A DNA stretch of 64,000 nucleotides, taken from contig JANQIO010000236.1 of NCBI GenBank assembly GCA_028282105.1, forward strand, positions 14,571 to 78,570. Direction: 5' to 3'. The stretch is from Halieaceae bacterium. GTDB lineage: Bacteria > Pseudomonadota > Gammaproteobacteria > Pseudomonadales > Halieaceae. Made by a program: the position numbers and the translations under genes. Under the pieces are notes generated by a model. That model was not told the DNA's origin and ran no database searches. It saw nothing but the letters and a program-made list of their open reading frames with translations. This document shows positions 11,034 to 20,130 of the stretch, in pieces (the stretch's first letter is position 1; each line of letters begins with the position of its first letter).

Positions 11034-12086
11034 ATGCCAGCGATTTGGTTAATAGACGCTTACCGCGCCGGTGAGCGCGGTCAGGTGCGCGCGCTGGCAA
11101 GCGCGGTGTCGGCATCCCTGGGTTGGCCCTGTCATACCATCGAGCTGGACTACCGGGCGGCCGTGATCCTGCCACATATTATCGGCGCAGCCAGCGTCAG
11201 TGGCATTACCACGGAGGCCAGGGCCCGGCTGGCGCCACCCTGGCCAGACCTGGTGATTACCTGTGGGGTGCGCAACGAGCCCGTGTGTCGCTGGATCCGA
11301 GAGCAGTCCGGCGGCCACACCCGCTACCTGCACCTGGGCCGGCCCTGGGGGCCCCTGGACAGCTTTGACCTGGTAGTGACCACGCCCCAGTACCGGGTAC
11401 CCAAGCGCGACAATGTCGTCAATAACGAGCTCACCCTGCACGGTCTCGATAGTGAGCGGCTGGCGCAGGCCGCCGAGCGCTGGGGGCCAGAGTTTGCGGC
11501 ACTGCCCGCGCCCTACCTGACCGTCAATGTGGGTGGTAACAGCGGCCCGTTCACCTTTGGCAAGCGAGCCGCGCGGCGGCTTGCCCGAGAGGCCTCGGAC
11601 CTGGTCCGGCAACAGGGCGGTTCGCTGCTGGTCTCTACCAGTTCACGCACCTGCCCAGAGGCGGCGGCGGAACTCGAACGCCATATCGATGTGCCCTGCC
11701 AGGTGTATCACTGGCGCGAGGGCGACCCTGATAACCCCTACCTGGGCATGCTGGCCCTGGCCAAGCAGATCGTGGTGACCGGCGACAGTATTGCCATGCT
11801 GTCGGAGGCCTGCAGTACCGGCAAGCCGGTGTTTATCTTTGACCTGGGGGGGATGCGGGCGGAGGTTCCGGTAGCCAGGGACTTCCGCCTGGGTGGTGCC
11901 CTGTATGGCCTGTTGATGCGCTTCTTCTGGCGGCGCCTGTCCCGGGACATCACCCTGGTGCATCAACGTCTGGTGGCGGCGCGGCGGGCCAGCTGGCTGG
12001 GGGAAGCCGGCAGCCAGGTGCCGGAAACAGCCACCGACCTGGTGCGCACGGTAGACGCGGTTCGCGCGCTACTTGGTCAGGCCTAG
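11034..12086 (+). CDS. ELM1/GtrOC1-family putative glycosyltransferase, paralog A
   Basis: ORF track starts at a GTG at 10965; the ATG at 11034 (MPAIWLIDAYRAGERGQV) is preferred. Blocks PWPDLVITCGVRNEPVCRWIREQSGGHTRYLHLGRPW, DLVVTTPQY and VTGDSIAMLSEA are shared with the two paralogs. The 3' end overlaps the convergent ABC gene by 18 nt. Confidence 0.72.
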   Translation: MPAIWLIDAYRAGERGQVRALASAVSASLGWPCHTIELDYRAAVILPHIIGAASVSGITTEARARLAPPWPDLVITCGVRNEPVCRWIREQSGGHTRYLHLGRPWGPLDSFDLVVTTPQYRVPKRDNVVNNELTLHGLDSERLAQAAERWGPEFAALPAPYLTVNVGGNSGPFTFGKRAARRLAREASDLVRQQGGSLLVSTSSRTCPEAAAELERHIDVPCQVYHWREGDPDNPYLGMLALAKQIVVTGDSIAMLSEACSTGKPVFIFDLGGMRAEVPVARDFRLGGALYGLLMRFFWRRLSRDITLVHQRLVAARRASWLGEAGSQVPETATDLVRTVDAVRALLGQA

Positions 12087-13823
12087 TTCGGGGTCTACGT
12101 CCAGCAGTCGGGCGCTGCCGTCGATCAACTGGTAGACCCGGTCGGCGGCACTGACCATGGCGCGGTTGTGGGAAATGGCGAGAATCGTGAGCTGCCCCTT
12201 GAGCTGTTCCATGGATTCCCGCACCGCGGCTTCACTGTCCGGGTCCAGGGCGCTGGTCGCCTCGTCGAGAATCAACAGTCGCGGCTGATTGACCAGTGCC
12301 CTGGCGATCACTATCCGCTGGCGCTGCCCCCCGGATAATTTGCCGCCCCGTTCGCCGACCACGGTTTCCAGGCCCTCCGGCAGGCGCTGGATGAAGTCCC
12401 AGGCGCCGGCCGCCCGCAGGGCGCGCTCCGCATCCGCCAGACTCAGCTCCGGGTCACCCAGGGTGACGTTGTGCAGGATGCTGTCATGCAGCAACACGGT
12501 GTCCTGGGGCACGTAGCCGATCATGTCGCGCCAGGCGCGAATATCCAGCGCTTCCAGGGAGCGGCCATCGAGCTGGATCTCGCCGCTGTCTGGCCGCAGC
12601 AAACCGATGGTCAAATCGATAATCGTGGTCTTGCCGGCCCCCGATGGCCCCACCAGGGTGGTCAACGAGCCGGCGGGGACATCCAGGGCCAGGCCCTTGA
12701 ACACACTGTGCTTGTCGTAGGCGAAGCTGACGCTGTCAAAGCGAATGCCCTGGTCGAGACTGGGACGCTCGCCGCCGTGAAGCTGCTCGCGGGCGGAGTT
12801 GGCGGCCTCGATGCTGTCGAGCATGGCCCAGTAGGCGCTCTCACCCTGTACCAGCTTCTGGTACTGCTTCTGCACCTTGCCGAGAAAGCTGAAGGCCCGG
12901 CCAAGGGTAACCACCAGCACCATGACGGTGGTGAGCGCCATGCCATAGCCTTCCAGCGCCACGTAAATGCCCAGACAGATGAACAGGGCGAACATCAGTT
13001 CCTGGGCGGAATCGAGGACCGCGGCGCTCAGCACCTGCACTCGCAGAGCCTTGTTGAGCCGCCGGGTCTCGTGGGCGAGTACGGTATCCGCCAGGTGTTC
13101 CCTGGCCATCGCCTTCAGCGGCTTCACAGACTGCAGGGTGTCGGTCAGGTTGGCGATCAGTGAGGTCATCAGGTTGGTTTGCTTGCGGCCCGCCTTGCGG
13201 GTGATGCGCACCAGGAAATGGGACAGGCCGATGACCACCGCGCCGGCGCCAATGGCCACCAGCGATGCCCGCCAGGAGAGTGCGAAGGCCACGCTGCCAT
13301 AGATAACGGCCTGGATCAGGAAAGTGATGGCGGTGGCGCCGTGCACGAAAGAAGCGGAAGAGCGCTGGGCCTCGGTAGCCAGGGAATTGGTGAGCTTGCC
13401 CACTGGCTGGTGCAGGAAGTACTCCCATTTACTGCGCAGCACAGCGCGTAACATCTTCAAGCGCAGGTCGGTGCCGACCTGGGCGGCGGTATAACCTACC
13501 TGGCGCTGGGCCAGCAGCAGGAAGCAGCTCTTCAGCGCCACGCCGGCCACGATGATCAACAGCATGTTGCCCAGTGTCGGGTGGATGCCCAGCGTGTCCA
13601 GCGCGCCCAGCACGGCGGCCTCAAAGCCGGACTGGGCCTCACCGGCGGCACCCAGGCCCAGCTCAGCGGCGGCCGAACTGGCCTCGCCGCCCACGGCGAT
13701 ATTCAGCAGCGGCAGCAGGGCGGACAGACCGACGCCCTCGGCGATGCCCGACAGCAGCAGCGCCACCAGCATCAGCACGGTGTGCAGCCGGTAGGCGCGG
13801 AAAAAACTCAGCATCAGCTTCAT
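12069..13823 (-). CDS. ABC exporter, fused permease/ATPase (MsbA-type architecture)
   Basis: 584 aa with an N-terminal 6-TM domain. Walker A GPSGAGKTT, signature LSGGQRQR, Walker B LLILDEATSALD. Same strand as lptF-lptG and 88 nt downstream of them. Confidence 0.9.
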   Translation of the reverse strand: MKLMLSFFRAYRLHTVLMLVALLLSGIAEGVGLSALLPLLNIAVGGEASSAAAELGLGAAGEAQSGFEAAVLGALDTLGIHPTLGNMLLIIVAGVALKSCFLLLAQRQVGYTAAQVGTDLRLKMLRAVLRSKWEYFLHQPVGKLTNSLATEAQRSSASFVHGATAITFLIQAVIYGSVAFALSWRASLVAIGAGAVVIGLSHFLVRITRKAGRKQTNLMTSLIANLTDTLQSVKPLKAMAREHLADTVLAHETRRLNKALRVQVLSAAVLDSAQELMFALFICLGIYVALEGYGMALTTVMVLVVTLGRAFSFLGKVQKQYQKLVQGESAYWAMLDSIEAANSAREQLHGGERPSLDQGIRFDSVSFAYDKHSVFKGLALDVPAGSLTTLVGPSGAGKTTIIDLTIGLLRPDSGEIQLDGRSLEALDIRAWRDMIGYVPQDTVLLHDSILHNVTLGDPELSLADAERALRAAGAWDFIQRLPEGLETVVGERGGKLSGGQRQRIVIARALVNQPRLLILDEATSALDPDSEAAVRESMEQLKGQLTILAISHNRAMVSAADRVYQLIDGSARLLDVDPELGLTK

Positions 13824-13911
13824 GGGGGTGACCCGGTGGGGCGTTGGGCGAAGCGCGGCATTATGCCGATAGCGGCAGTGCTTCTCAAACCGCGCGACGC
13901 TGGCGCGGAGT

Positions 13912-14982
13912 TCACCATCGCATCCGCCGCAGCAGCAGCAGGGCCGCGGCCATCACGATCAGCGTGGGGGTGAAGGCAACCACCGGCACGCTGATCGCCA
14001 GCAGCTGGCCCAGCGCGTAAATTATTTGCGCGCCGAGGTAGAACAGGATGCCTACCAGCGCCCCAACCGCCAGGTTGAAACCGAAATTGCTGTTGCGTCG
14101 GGAACCCAGGCTCGCGGCAATCGGCGTGGCCAGCAGCACCATGGCGCCGACGGTCAGCGGCATGGCGAGTTTCTGCCAGAAGGCGCCCAGATAGGTCTGC
14201 CAGGCCTGGCCGTTGGCCTTGCGGAACTGGCTGTAACTGTAGAGCACGGACAGGGTCATGCTGTCGGGTGTCAGAGCCAGGGTGGGCAGCTCGTCCTCTG
14301 CCCACATGCCGCCCACTTCCAGCTCCTGGTAGCCGCGGGTCTGAAACACGCCGTCCACCAGTCGCTTCTCCCGCACCCGTTTCAGCAGCCAACGCCGGCC
14401 CGACACCACCTCCGCACTGCGGGCGTGCAAGGTACGGATCAGCTGTCCCGCCGCGTCGAACTCATACAGGTCGATGCCGCCAGGCACGCCGCCTTCTTCC
14501 AGTCGCGCCAGGTGCACGTAGCGTTGCTGGTGCCGTGCCCAGACGCCGCCATCGGGGATGCGCACGTCGCCGCGATAACGCAGGTGGTGGCGCTGTTGCT
14601 CGGCATACTGGTGCAGGCGAGGGGTGCCGAATTCCTGGCTCGCCCACAGCAAGCCCATCAGTATCAGGGTGGGCAGCGCCACCGCGGTCAGCAGCGAGCC
14701 GCGCGAGACGCCGGCGCAGCTGATCACGGTGAGCTCGTTGTAGCGATCGAGGTTGGCGAGCGCCATGATACTGCCGAGCAAGGCGATGACCGGTGCCAGA
14801 CTCACGAGTTGTTGGGGCAGGGTGAACAGGGTGTAGCGCGCCACCGCCAGCGCGTCGTAGTCAAAGCGGGTGCGCTCGAGCTCGGTGATAAAAGCGATCA
14901 AACCAAATACTGAGCCTACCACCAGCAACACCATCAGCCAGCCTCGCACCAGGTTACCGGCGATATAGCGGTGCAGAATCAT
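13912..14982 (-). CDS. lptG: LptF/LptG-family permease (LptG-like)
   Basis: ORF track extends to 15264; trimmed to the ATG at 14982 (MILHRYIAGNLVRGWLMVLL). The layout of 3 TM, a periplasmic domain and 3 TM resembles E. coli LptG. ATGA overlap with the upstream lptF-like gene. Confidence 0.78.
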   Translation of the reverse strand: MILHRYIAGNLVRGWLMVLLVVGSVFGLIAFITELERTRFDYDALAVARYTLFTLPQQLVSLAPVIALLGSIMALANLDRYNELTVISCAGVSRGSLLTAVALPTLILMGLLWASQEFGTPRLHQYAEQQRHHLRYRGDVRIPDGGVWARHQQRYVHLARLEEGGVPGGIDLYEFDAAGQLIRTLHARSAEVVSGRRWLLKRVREKRLVDGVFQTRGYQELEVGGMWAEDELPTLALTPDSMTLSVLYSYSQFRKANGQAWQTYLGAFWQKLAMPLTVGAMVLLATPIAASLGSRRNSNFGFNLAVGALVGILFYLGAQIIYALGQLLAISVPVVAFTPTLIVMAAALLLLRRMRW

Positions 14983-16106
14983 GTGGCCGCCGCCTGCTTC
15001 TGTCGCCGGCGCCAGCGCGGTGGATTCACCAGCAACACCAGGATAACCAGCACTACCGCGTGGGCAGCCCACAGGCCCGGGAAGCGCGGCACGGTACCCT
15101 GTTCGATGCCGGTGCGCATCACGGCGGTGAGGCTCAACAGGCCGATGTAGATCCCCAGCGCCACAAAGAAACTGCGCAGCCGCGATTCCCTCGGAGCGGT
15201 GCGCCCCAGCGGTACGGCTACCAGGGCCAGCAGCAGCGTGGCAATCGGTGTGGTGATACGCCACTGGTACTCGGCGATATCCTTGGGTTCTGCTGACCGC
15301 GAGAGGGTGAGGGTGGTTTCTGCCTTGCGCCGGTACTGCTCCCTGGCTTCTTCATTGGCCAGGTGGACCTCCATGCGCTTGAACTGCAGTGTGATGTCCT
15401 GGCGCTCGCGCTTGTCGAGCAGGTAGTTGTAGCCGTTGTGAAATTCCGCGGTTAGCGCCTGGCCCGGGTTCAGGGTAGGCAGTGCGGCGGATTCCGCGAT
15501 GATGATTTCCTCGCGCCCCTTACCCGGGTAGTGCTTCTGCATGAAGATGCCCTTGTGCAGGCCGCGATCCAGGTCAAGACCCTGGGCGATGAAGGTATAG
15601 TCGCTGCCCTCCATGTTGACGAACTCACCGGCCGACATCTTCTTCAGGTCAAACTGTGCGGCGGCTTCAGCTTCCAGACGATAGCTCTCGCGATAGGCCC
15701 AGGGTCGGCCGAGCATGGAGACCACGCCAGTGACGATGGCCACCACGACGGCCAGCTTGAACACCGCCTCCAGGATGCGCGTGCGGCTGAGACCCGCAGC
15801 GTAGAGGGCGTTCATTTCTGCATCGCGATACATGCGGCCAATGGCAGCGAGCACCGAGAAGAAAAAGGCGGATGGCAGTAACACCTCCAGGGTCACCAGC
15901 GTGTTGAGCCCCACCAGTTTGAAGGCCGTGAGCATATCCAGCTTTCCCTGGGCGGCCAGCCCCAGTTGCACGGATGCGGAGTAACCAATGAACACCAGAA
16001 TCAGCAGGCCGAGGCCGGAGACAAAGGGGCGCAGGATTTCCAGGCTTATGTAGCGATCGACGATCAAGCGAGCGGTCCCTGTCCGCGAGGGGGTTGTTGC
16101 GCGCAT
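14979..16106 (-). CDS. lptF: LptF/LptG-family permease (LptF-like)
   Basis: ORF track extends to 16580; trimmed to the ATG at 16106 (MRATTPSRTGTARLIVDRYISLEILRPF). The true start could be a few codons further in. The upstream extension runs through a tandem repeat array and is judged non-coding. Confidence 0.72.
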   Translation of the reverse strand: MRATTPSRTGTARLIVDRYISLEILRPFVSGLGLLILVFIGYSASVQLGLAAQGKLDMLTAFKLVGLNTLVTLEVLLPSAFFFSVLAAIGRMYRDAEMNALYAAGLSRTRILEAVFKLAVVVAIVTGVVSMLGRPWAYRESYRLEAEAAAQFDLKKMSAGEFVNMEGSDYTFIAQGLDLDRGLHKGIFMQKHYPGKGREEIIIAESAALPTLNPGQALTAEFHNGYNYLLDKRERQDITLQFKRMEVHLANEEAREQYRRKAETTLTLSRSAEPKDIAEYQWRITTPIATLLLALVAVPLGRTAPRESRLRSFFVALGIYIGLLSLTAVMRTGIEQGTVPRFPGLWAAHAVVLVILVLLVNPPRWRRRQKQAAAT

Positions 16107-16245
16107 TGTAACGCAATGCAGGTTCAGACCGGGCTGACGGCGCCCGGGTTCCCCGCAGCGGGGCGCGCTGCCTCGCTGGCCATTTCGGTGCGCTTGGCGC
16201 ATAATTGCGCGCTTTTCGAGGCGGGGCCCTCCGCACTGCGGCATA

Positions 16246-16390
16246 AAATGCCTCCAGCCATTAAATGGCCTCCAGCCTGTAGAGGGCCTGTGGCCAGTAA
16301 AGGGCCTCCAGCTAATTACAGGGCCTCCAGCCAATACCACTGGTCCGGCGCCAGCCAGCACCACTGGCAGGCTTCCAGCCCAGACCCAGA
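16246..16390. repeat. Degenerate tandem array, about 7 units of 18-25 bp with core GGCCTCCAGCC
   Basis: Read directly: aaatgcctccagccatt / aaatggcctccagcctgtagag / ggcctgtggccagtaaag / ggcctccagctaattacag / ggcctccagccaataccactggtcc / ggcgccagccagcaccactggcag / gcttccagcccagaccc. Lies in the divergent region between lptF (-) and sulfotransferase 1 (+). Confidence 0.85.
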
Positions 16391-16401
16391 GATAGCACCG
16401 G

Positions 16402-17334
16402 ATGATCAAGCTGAGCGACGGCGTCAAGAAGGCGCTGATACTCATTCCTACCGAGCCCCTGCCCGCAAAAACCCGGGTGGCGCTGCGTCGCAAGCACCTG
16501 GCGAACCTGGAGCTGGCCAAAGCCCATGCCGCCCAGTTCCTGATCATCGGCCATCCCAAGAGTGGCAATACCTGGCTCAAGGTGATGATCTCCAGGTTGT
16601 ACCAACTGCGCTACGACCTGCCCGAATCCAAGCTCATCAACACCGACGAGTTCGCCCGCAAGATTCCCGAAATCCCGAGGCTCGCTGCCACCAACGGCGT
16701 CTATAGCTACGAAGGCGAGGTGGGCAAACTGCTCGCAGTCGGCGCCGCAGATAACCCCCTGCGCCACAAGCCGGTACTGTTCCTGGCGCGCAACCCGATC
16801 GACATCGCCGTAAGCTGGTATCACCAGTTCACCAAGCGCCAGTCCCGCGCCAAGCAGGAATTGATCAACCACTCCATCGAACATCCTATCGATCGCCGCA
16901 CGGTGCAGATGTGGGATTTCGTGCGGCATTCCGATATTGGGCTGCCGTTCCTGATCGGCTACCAGAATCAATGGGCTGAAGCGATCGCCGAGCTGCCCCG
17001 GGGCCTGATGGTGCGCTACGAGGATCTGCGCGCCGACCCGGTGCCAACCCTGCACAAGATTGTCGAGCATATGGGCGAGAGTTTCTCCGAAGATGAGGTG
17101 CGCGCCGCGGTGGAGTGGGGCTCCTTTGACAACCTGCAGAAGCTGGAAACCAGCGGCACCTTCAGCCAGGGTGGCATGAAACTGGTGAACAAGAACGACC
17201 CCAGCACCTACAAGGTGCGGCGCGGCAAGGTGGGTGGCTATCGGGACGACTTTGAGCCGGCGCAGGTGGCCGAGTTGGAAGCGCTGGTGCGGGAGACTAT
17301 TTCTCCTCAGCTCGGCTACTGCCGCGAGGACTGA
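16402..17334 (+). CDS. PAPS-dependent sulfotransferase, paralog 1 (divergent)
   Basis: 310 aa. 5'-PSB loop GHPKSGNTW, block LARNPIDIAVSWYH, and C-terminal RRGKVGGYRDDF, all as in Sulfotransfer_1-type enzymes. Confidence 0.85.
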   Translation: MIKLSDGVKKALILIPTEPLPAKTRVALRRKHLANLELAKAHAAQFLIIGHPKSGNTWLKVMISRLYQLRYDLPESKLINTDEFARKIPEIPRLAATNGVYSYEGEVGKLLAVGAADNPLRHKPVLFLARNPIDIAVSWYHQFTKRQSRAKQELINHSIEHPIDRRTVQMWDFVRHSDIGLPFLIGYQNQWAEAIAELPRGLMVRYEDLRADPVPTLHKIVEHMGESFSEDEVRAAVEWGSFDNLQKLETSGTFSQGGMKLVNKNDPSTYKVRRGKVGGYRDDFEPAQVAELEALVRETISPQLGYCRED

Positions 17335-17335
17335 G

Positions 17336-18469
17336 ATGCCGCCGCGCACCTGGGTGATTCTCAGTGACAAGCGGGGCGACAACGGGCAGGTCGATACCAT
17401 TGTCGACGCCCTGGGCTGGCCGGTGGAGCACAAGTATGTGCACATGAAGCCGGAGTGGGTGCTGGGCAAGCCGCGCTACCGGCCATCCCTGGAGCACCTC
17501 GATCTGGCGCAGTCCGATAAGCTCGAAGGACCCTGGCCCGACCTGATTATCACGGTGGGGCGCCGGCCCTCGATGGTCGCGCTGTGGGTGCGCCAACAGT
17601 CCGGCAATCACACCCGCATTGTGCTGGTCGGCAAGCCCTCAGGACACATGCTCGATTTCTCCCTGGTGGTGGCCAGTGCGGAAAACCAGATGCCGCCGCT
17701 GCACAACTTCCAGGCCACAACCCTGCCGCTGATGCGCATCGCGCCGCAGGACGTGGCCAGTGAAGCAGCAGCCTGGCGCGAACGCTTTGCCGAGCTCAGA
17801 CGGCCAATGATTGCCATGCTGATCGGCGGCGAGACCAACCCCTTTATCATGAACCGCAAGGTAGCCCGCGAGCTGGTGGCCACTGCCCGCTGGGTCATCG
17901 ATGAGCTGGGCGGCACACCTTACATCACCACCAGCCGCCGCACTACGCCCAAGGTGCTGGAAGTATTGCGCGCGGAGTTGCCGGAAGAGGCGGTCTACTT
18001 CGAGTGGTCGGCGGATGCTACGGACAACCCCTACCGGGCACTGCTTGGATCCGCCGACGGCTTTATTGTCACTGGCGACAGCGTGTCGATGATGGTGGAG
18101 GTTATCTACCTCCACAAGCCTTTGGCTATCTTTCCTCTGCCCGGGGGCTGGCTGGGTAAGGTCGATCAGCTGCGCCGGTCACTGGCGCACTGGCTGTTCC
18201 GGCCGCAGCTACGCTCGGGTTTTGACAGGCTGCGCCACGCGGTGGCGCGGGGTGTGTACTACATCGACGTCTTCAAGGTGCTGAGTGCTACCCGGGATTT
18301 TCGCGCCTTCCACCGGCTGCTGGTAGACAACGGCTACGCGGTCTGGGCTGGGCAGCCATTCCGAACCGAGGAGGCGCCGCTGCCCGATGACGTGGGTATT
18401 GTGGTGAAGAGGATCGAGGCGCTTTTTTCGGAGCAGCTTGTGGAAGTAAATCCGCAACAGCGGCCTTAA
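17336..18469 (+). CDS. ELM1/GtrOC1-family putative glycosyltransferase, paralog B
   Basis: ORF track starts at 17234; the ATG at 17336 (MPPRTWVILSDKRGDNGQV) lies 1 nt after the sulfotransferase stop codon. Blocks PWPDLIITVGRRPSMVALWVRQQSGNHTRIV and VTGDSVSMMVE. Confidence 0.72.
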   Translation: MPPRTWVILSDKRGDNGQVDTIVDALGWPVEHKYVHMKPEWVLGKPRYRPSLEHLDLAQSDKLEGPWPDLIITVGRRPSMVALWVRQQSGNHTRIVLVGKPSGHMLDFSLVVASAENQMPPLHNFQATTLPLMRIAPQDVASEAAAWRERFAELRRPMIAMLIGGETNPFIMNRKVARELVATARWVIDELGGTPYITTSRRTTPKVLEVLRAELPEEAVYFEWSADATDNPYRALLGSADGFIVTGDSVSMMVEVIYLHKPLAIFPLPGGWLGKVDQLRRSLAHWLFRPQLRSGFDRLRHAVARGVYYIDVFKVLSATRDFRAFHRLLVDNGYAVWAGQPFRTEEAPLPDDVGIVVKRIEALFSEQLVEVNPQQRP

Positions 18470-19092
18470 CGCATACCCAGCACGTTCTTCATGAAGTGAG
18501 TGCCGAAGCGGCTGATGCGCTGGGCGGCGACCGCCAGTGGGCTCTGGTCCAGGTAGTTGAGCTGCACCATGCGGCGCTCACCGACAAAGCGGGTGTGCCC
18601 GTGCCAGGAATGGTCGGTGCGGCGAAAGGCCAGCAGGGTGCCACCCAGCGGTTTGACCTGGGCTGTGTAGTCCTCGATATCCGACCTGGAGCGCAGCATA
18701 CGCAGCTGACCTTCCTCGTGGTCCCACTGCTCGTTGAAGTACACCAGCACAGTGATCACTTTGCTCTTGTGATCGGTGTGGATATTGCCGTCTGTGCGTT
18801 CACAGAATTTACGTACCGTGACCGTGGTGGGCAGGCTGGCGAGATCCATATCGAAGCGCTCGCCCAGCACTTCGGCAAATGCCCGCCCCTGGATTTCCTC
18901 CATCAGCGATGCGAAAGCCGGCCCGTAGCTGAGGTTGTCCAGGGCGTGGTTGGCCGCCGTATCGATGGCGGGATAGTCGGCGTTCACCGTCGCCAGGGTA
19001 TCCGCGGACAGGAAGCCGGGCGCCACCATGAAGTCGAAGGGGTCGCTGTGAAGCTCCGCGCTGCGGAGCGCTTCTAGGTTGATCATTGACAT
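18466..19092 (-). CDS. Small 2OG-Fe(II) oxygenase-superfamily protein, paralog A
   Basis: ORF track extends to 19155; trimmed to the ATG at 19092 (MSMINLEALRSAELHSDPFDF). HxD...H triad candidates in NIHTDHKSKVITVLVYFN and HSWHGHT. Confidence 0.65.
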   Translation of the reverse strand: MSMINLEALRSAELHSDPFDFMVAPGFLSADTLATVNADYPAIDTAANHALDNLSYGPAFASLMEEIQGRAFAEVLGERFDMDLASLPTTVTVRKFCERTDGNIHTDHKSKVITVLVYFNEQWDHEEGQLRMLRSRSDIEDYTAQVKPLGGTLLAFRRTDHSWHGHTRFVGERRMVQLNYLDQSPLAVAAQRISRFGTHFMKNVLGMR

Positions 19093-19173
19093 GCGCGAAT
19101 TGTACGGGCTCGCGCGAAAGCGCAGCAAGCGGGACGCCCGGTAATAGTGCGGCAAATCAAGAATTCCTGTATC

Positions 19174-20130
19174 ATGCGCCGCCTTTTCAAGCCGGAGAAA
19201 TCCCCGCCCATGGGCGACAAGGCCCGCGCCGCCGCGCGCATCCTTATTATGCTGTTGAGCTTCTGGTTGCCCGCCGAGCGTCGCAAGCGCCTGGAGCGCT
19301 GGCTGCGAGGCCGCGAGGAGTTCAAGAAGCTTGAGCGCTGCGACTGGGTGCTGATGAGCTGGGGGAAATCCGGACGTACCTGGCTGCGGGTCATGCTGTC
19401 CCGCGCCTACCAGCTGAGGGGTGGCCTGCCTTCGGATGAACTACTGGACTTCGACAACTTCCGAGACCGGGACGCATCGCTGCCGGCAGTGTTCTTTACC
19501 CACAACAACTACCTGCGCAATTACACAGGCAACTGGGGGTCCAAGGCGCACTTCCAGGGCAAACGCATTGTGCTGCTGGTACGCGACCCCCGCGACGTGG
19601 CGGTGTCCCAGTTCTTCCAGTGGAAGTTCCGGATGCGGCCCAACAAGAAGTTCATCAACGATTATCCTCCGCATGGCGCCGCCATCGACGTCTGGGATTT
19701 TGTGCAGGACGTGGACGCAGGCGTGCCTCGTATCGTCGACTACTTCAATGGCTGGGCGCGGGCGATGCCGGAGCTCGGGGAGGTACTGGTGATACGTTAC
19801 GAGGACATGCGTACGGACCCGTCCAGGGTGCTGCGGCAGATCTTTGATTTCACCGGCACCGAGATTAGCGATGCGCAAATTGGCGAAGCCGTAGAGTTCG
19901 CCGCTTACGAGAATATGAAGAAGATGGAGCAGGAACGCCACTTCAAGGGCTCGGGTGCCAGAGTGAAACCCGGCGACAAGGACAACCCCCAATCCTTCAA
20001 AGTGCGCAAGGCCAAGGTGGGGGGCTACCGCGACTACTTTACTGACGAGCAGTGCCAGCAGCTAGAGGCCATGGTAGCTGAGCTCGACCCGCAGTTTGGT
20101 TATGGCACACAGGTGGAGCCGGCGGCGTGA
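19174..20130 (+). CDS. PAPS-dependent sulfotransferase, paralog 2
   Basis: ORF track starts at a GTG at 19147; the ATG at 19174 is preferred. 5'-PSB loop WGKSGRTW, block LLVRDPRDVAVSQFFQWKF, and C-terminal RKAKVGGYRDYF. Confidence 0.85.
   Translation: MRRLFKPEKSPPMGDKARAAARILIMLLSFWLPAERRKRLERWLRGREEFKKLERCDWVLMSWGKSGRTWLRVMLSRAYQLRGGLPSDELLDFDNFRDRDASLPAVFFTHNNYLRNYTGNWGSKAHFQGKRIVLLVRDPRDVAVSQFFQWKFRMRPNKKFINDYPPHGAAIDVWDFVQDVDAGVPRIVDYFNGWARAMPELGEVLVIRYEDMRTDPSRVLRQIFDFTGTEISDAQIGEAVEFAAYENMKKMEQERHFKGSGARVKPGDKDNPQSFKVRKAKVGGYRDYFTDEQCQQLEAMVAELDPQFGYGTQVEPAA

Noticed and set aside
12069-12086. 3'-end overlaps of convergent genes (also 25363..25388 and 18466..18469)
   Set aside because: Short convergent overlaps are common in compact GC-rich genomes. 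No additional signal was seen there.
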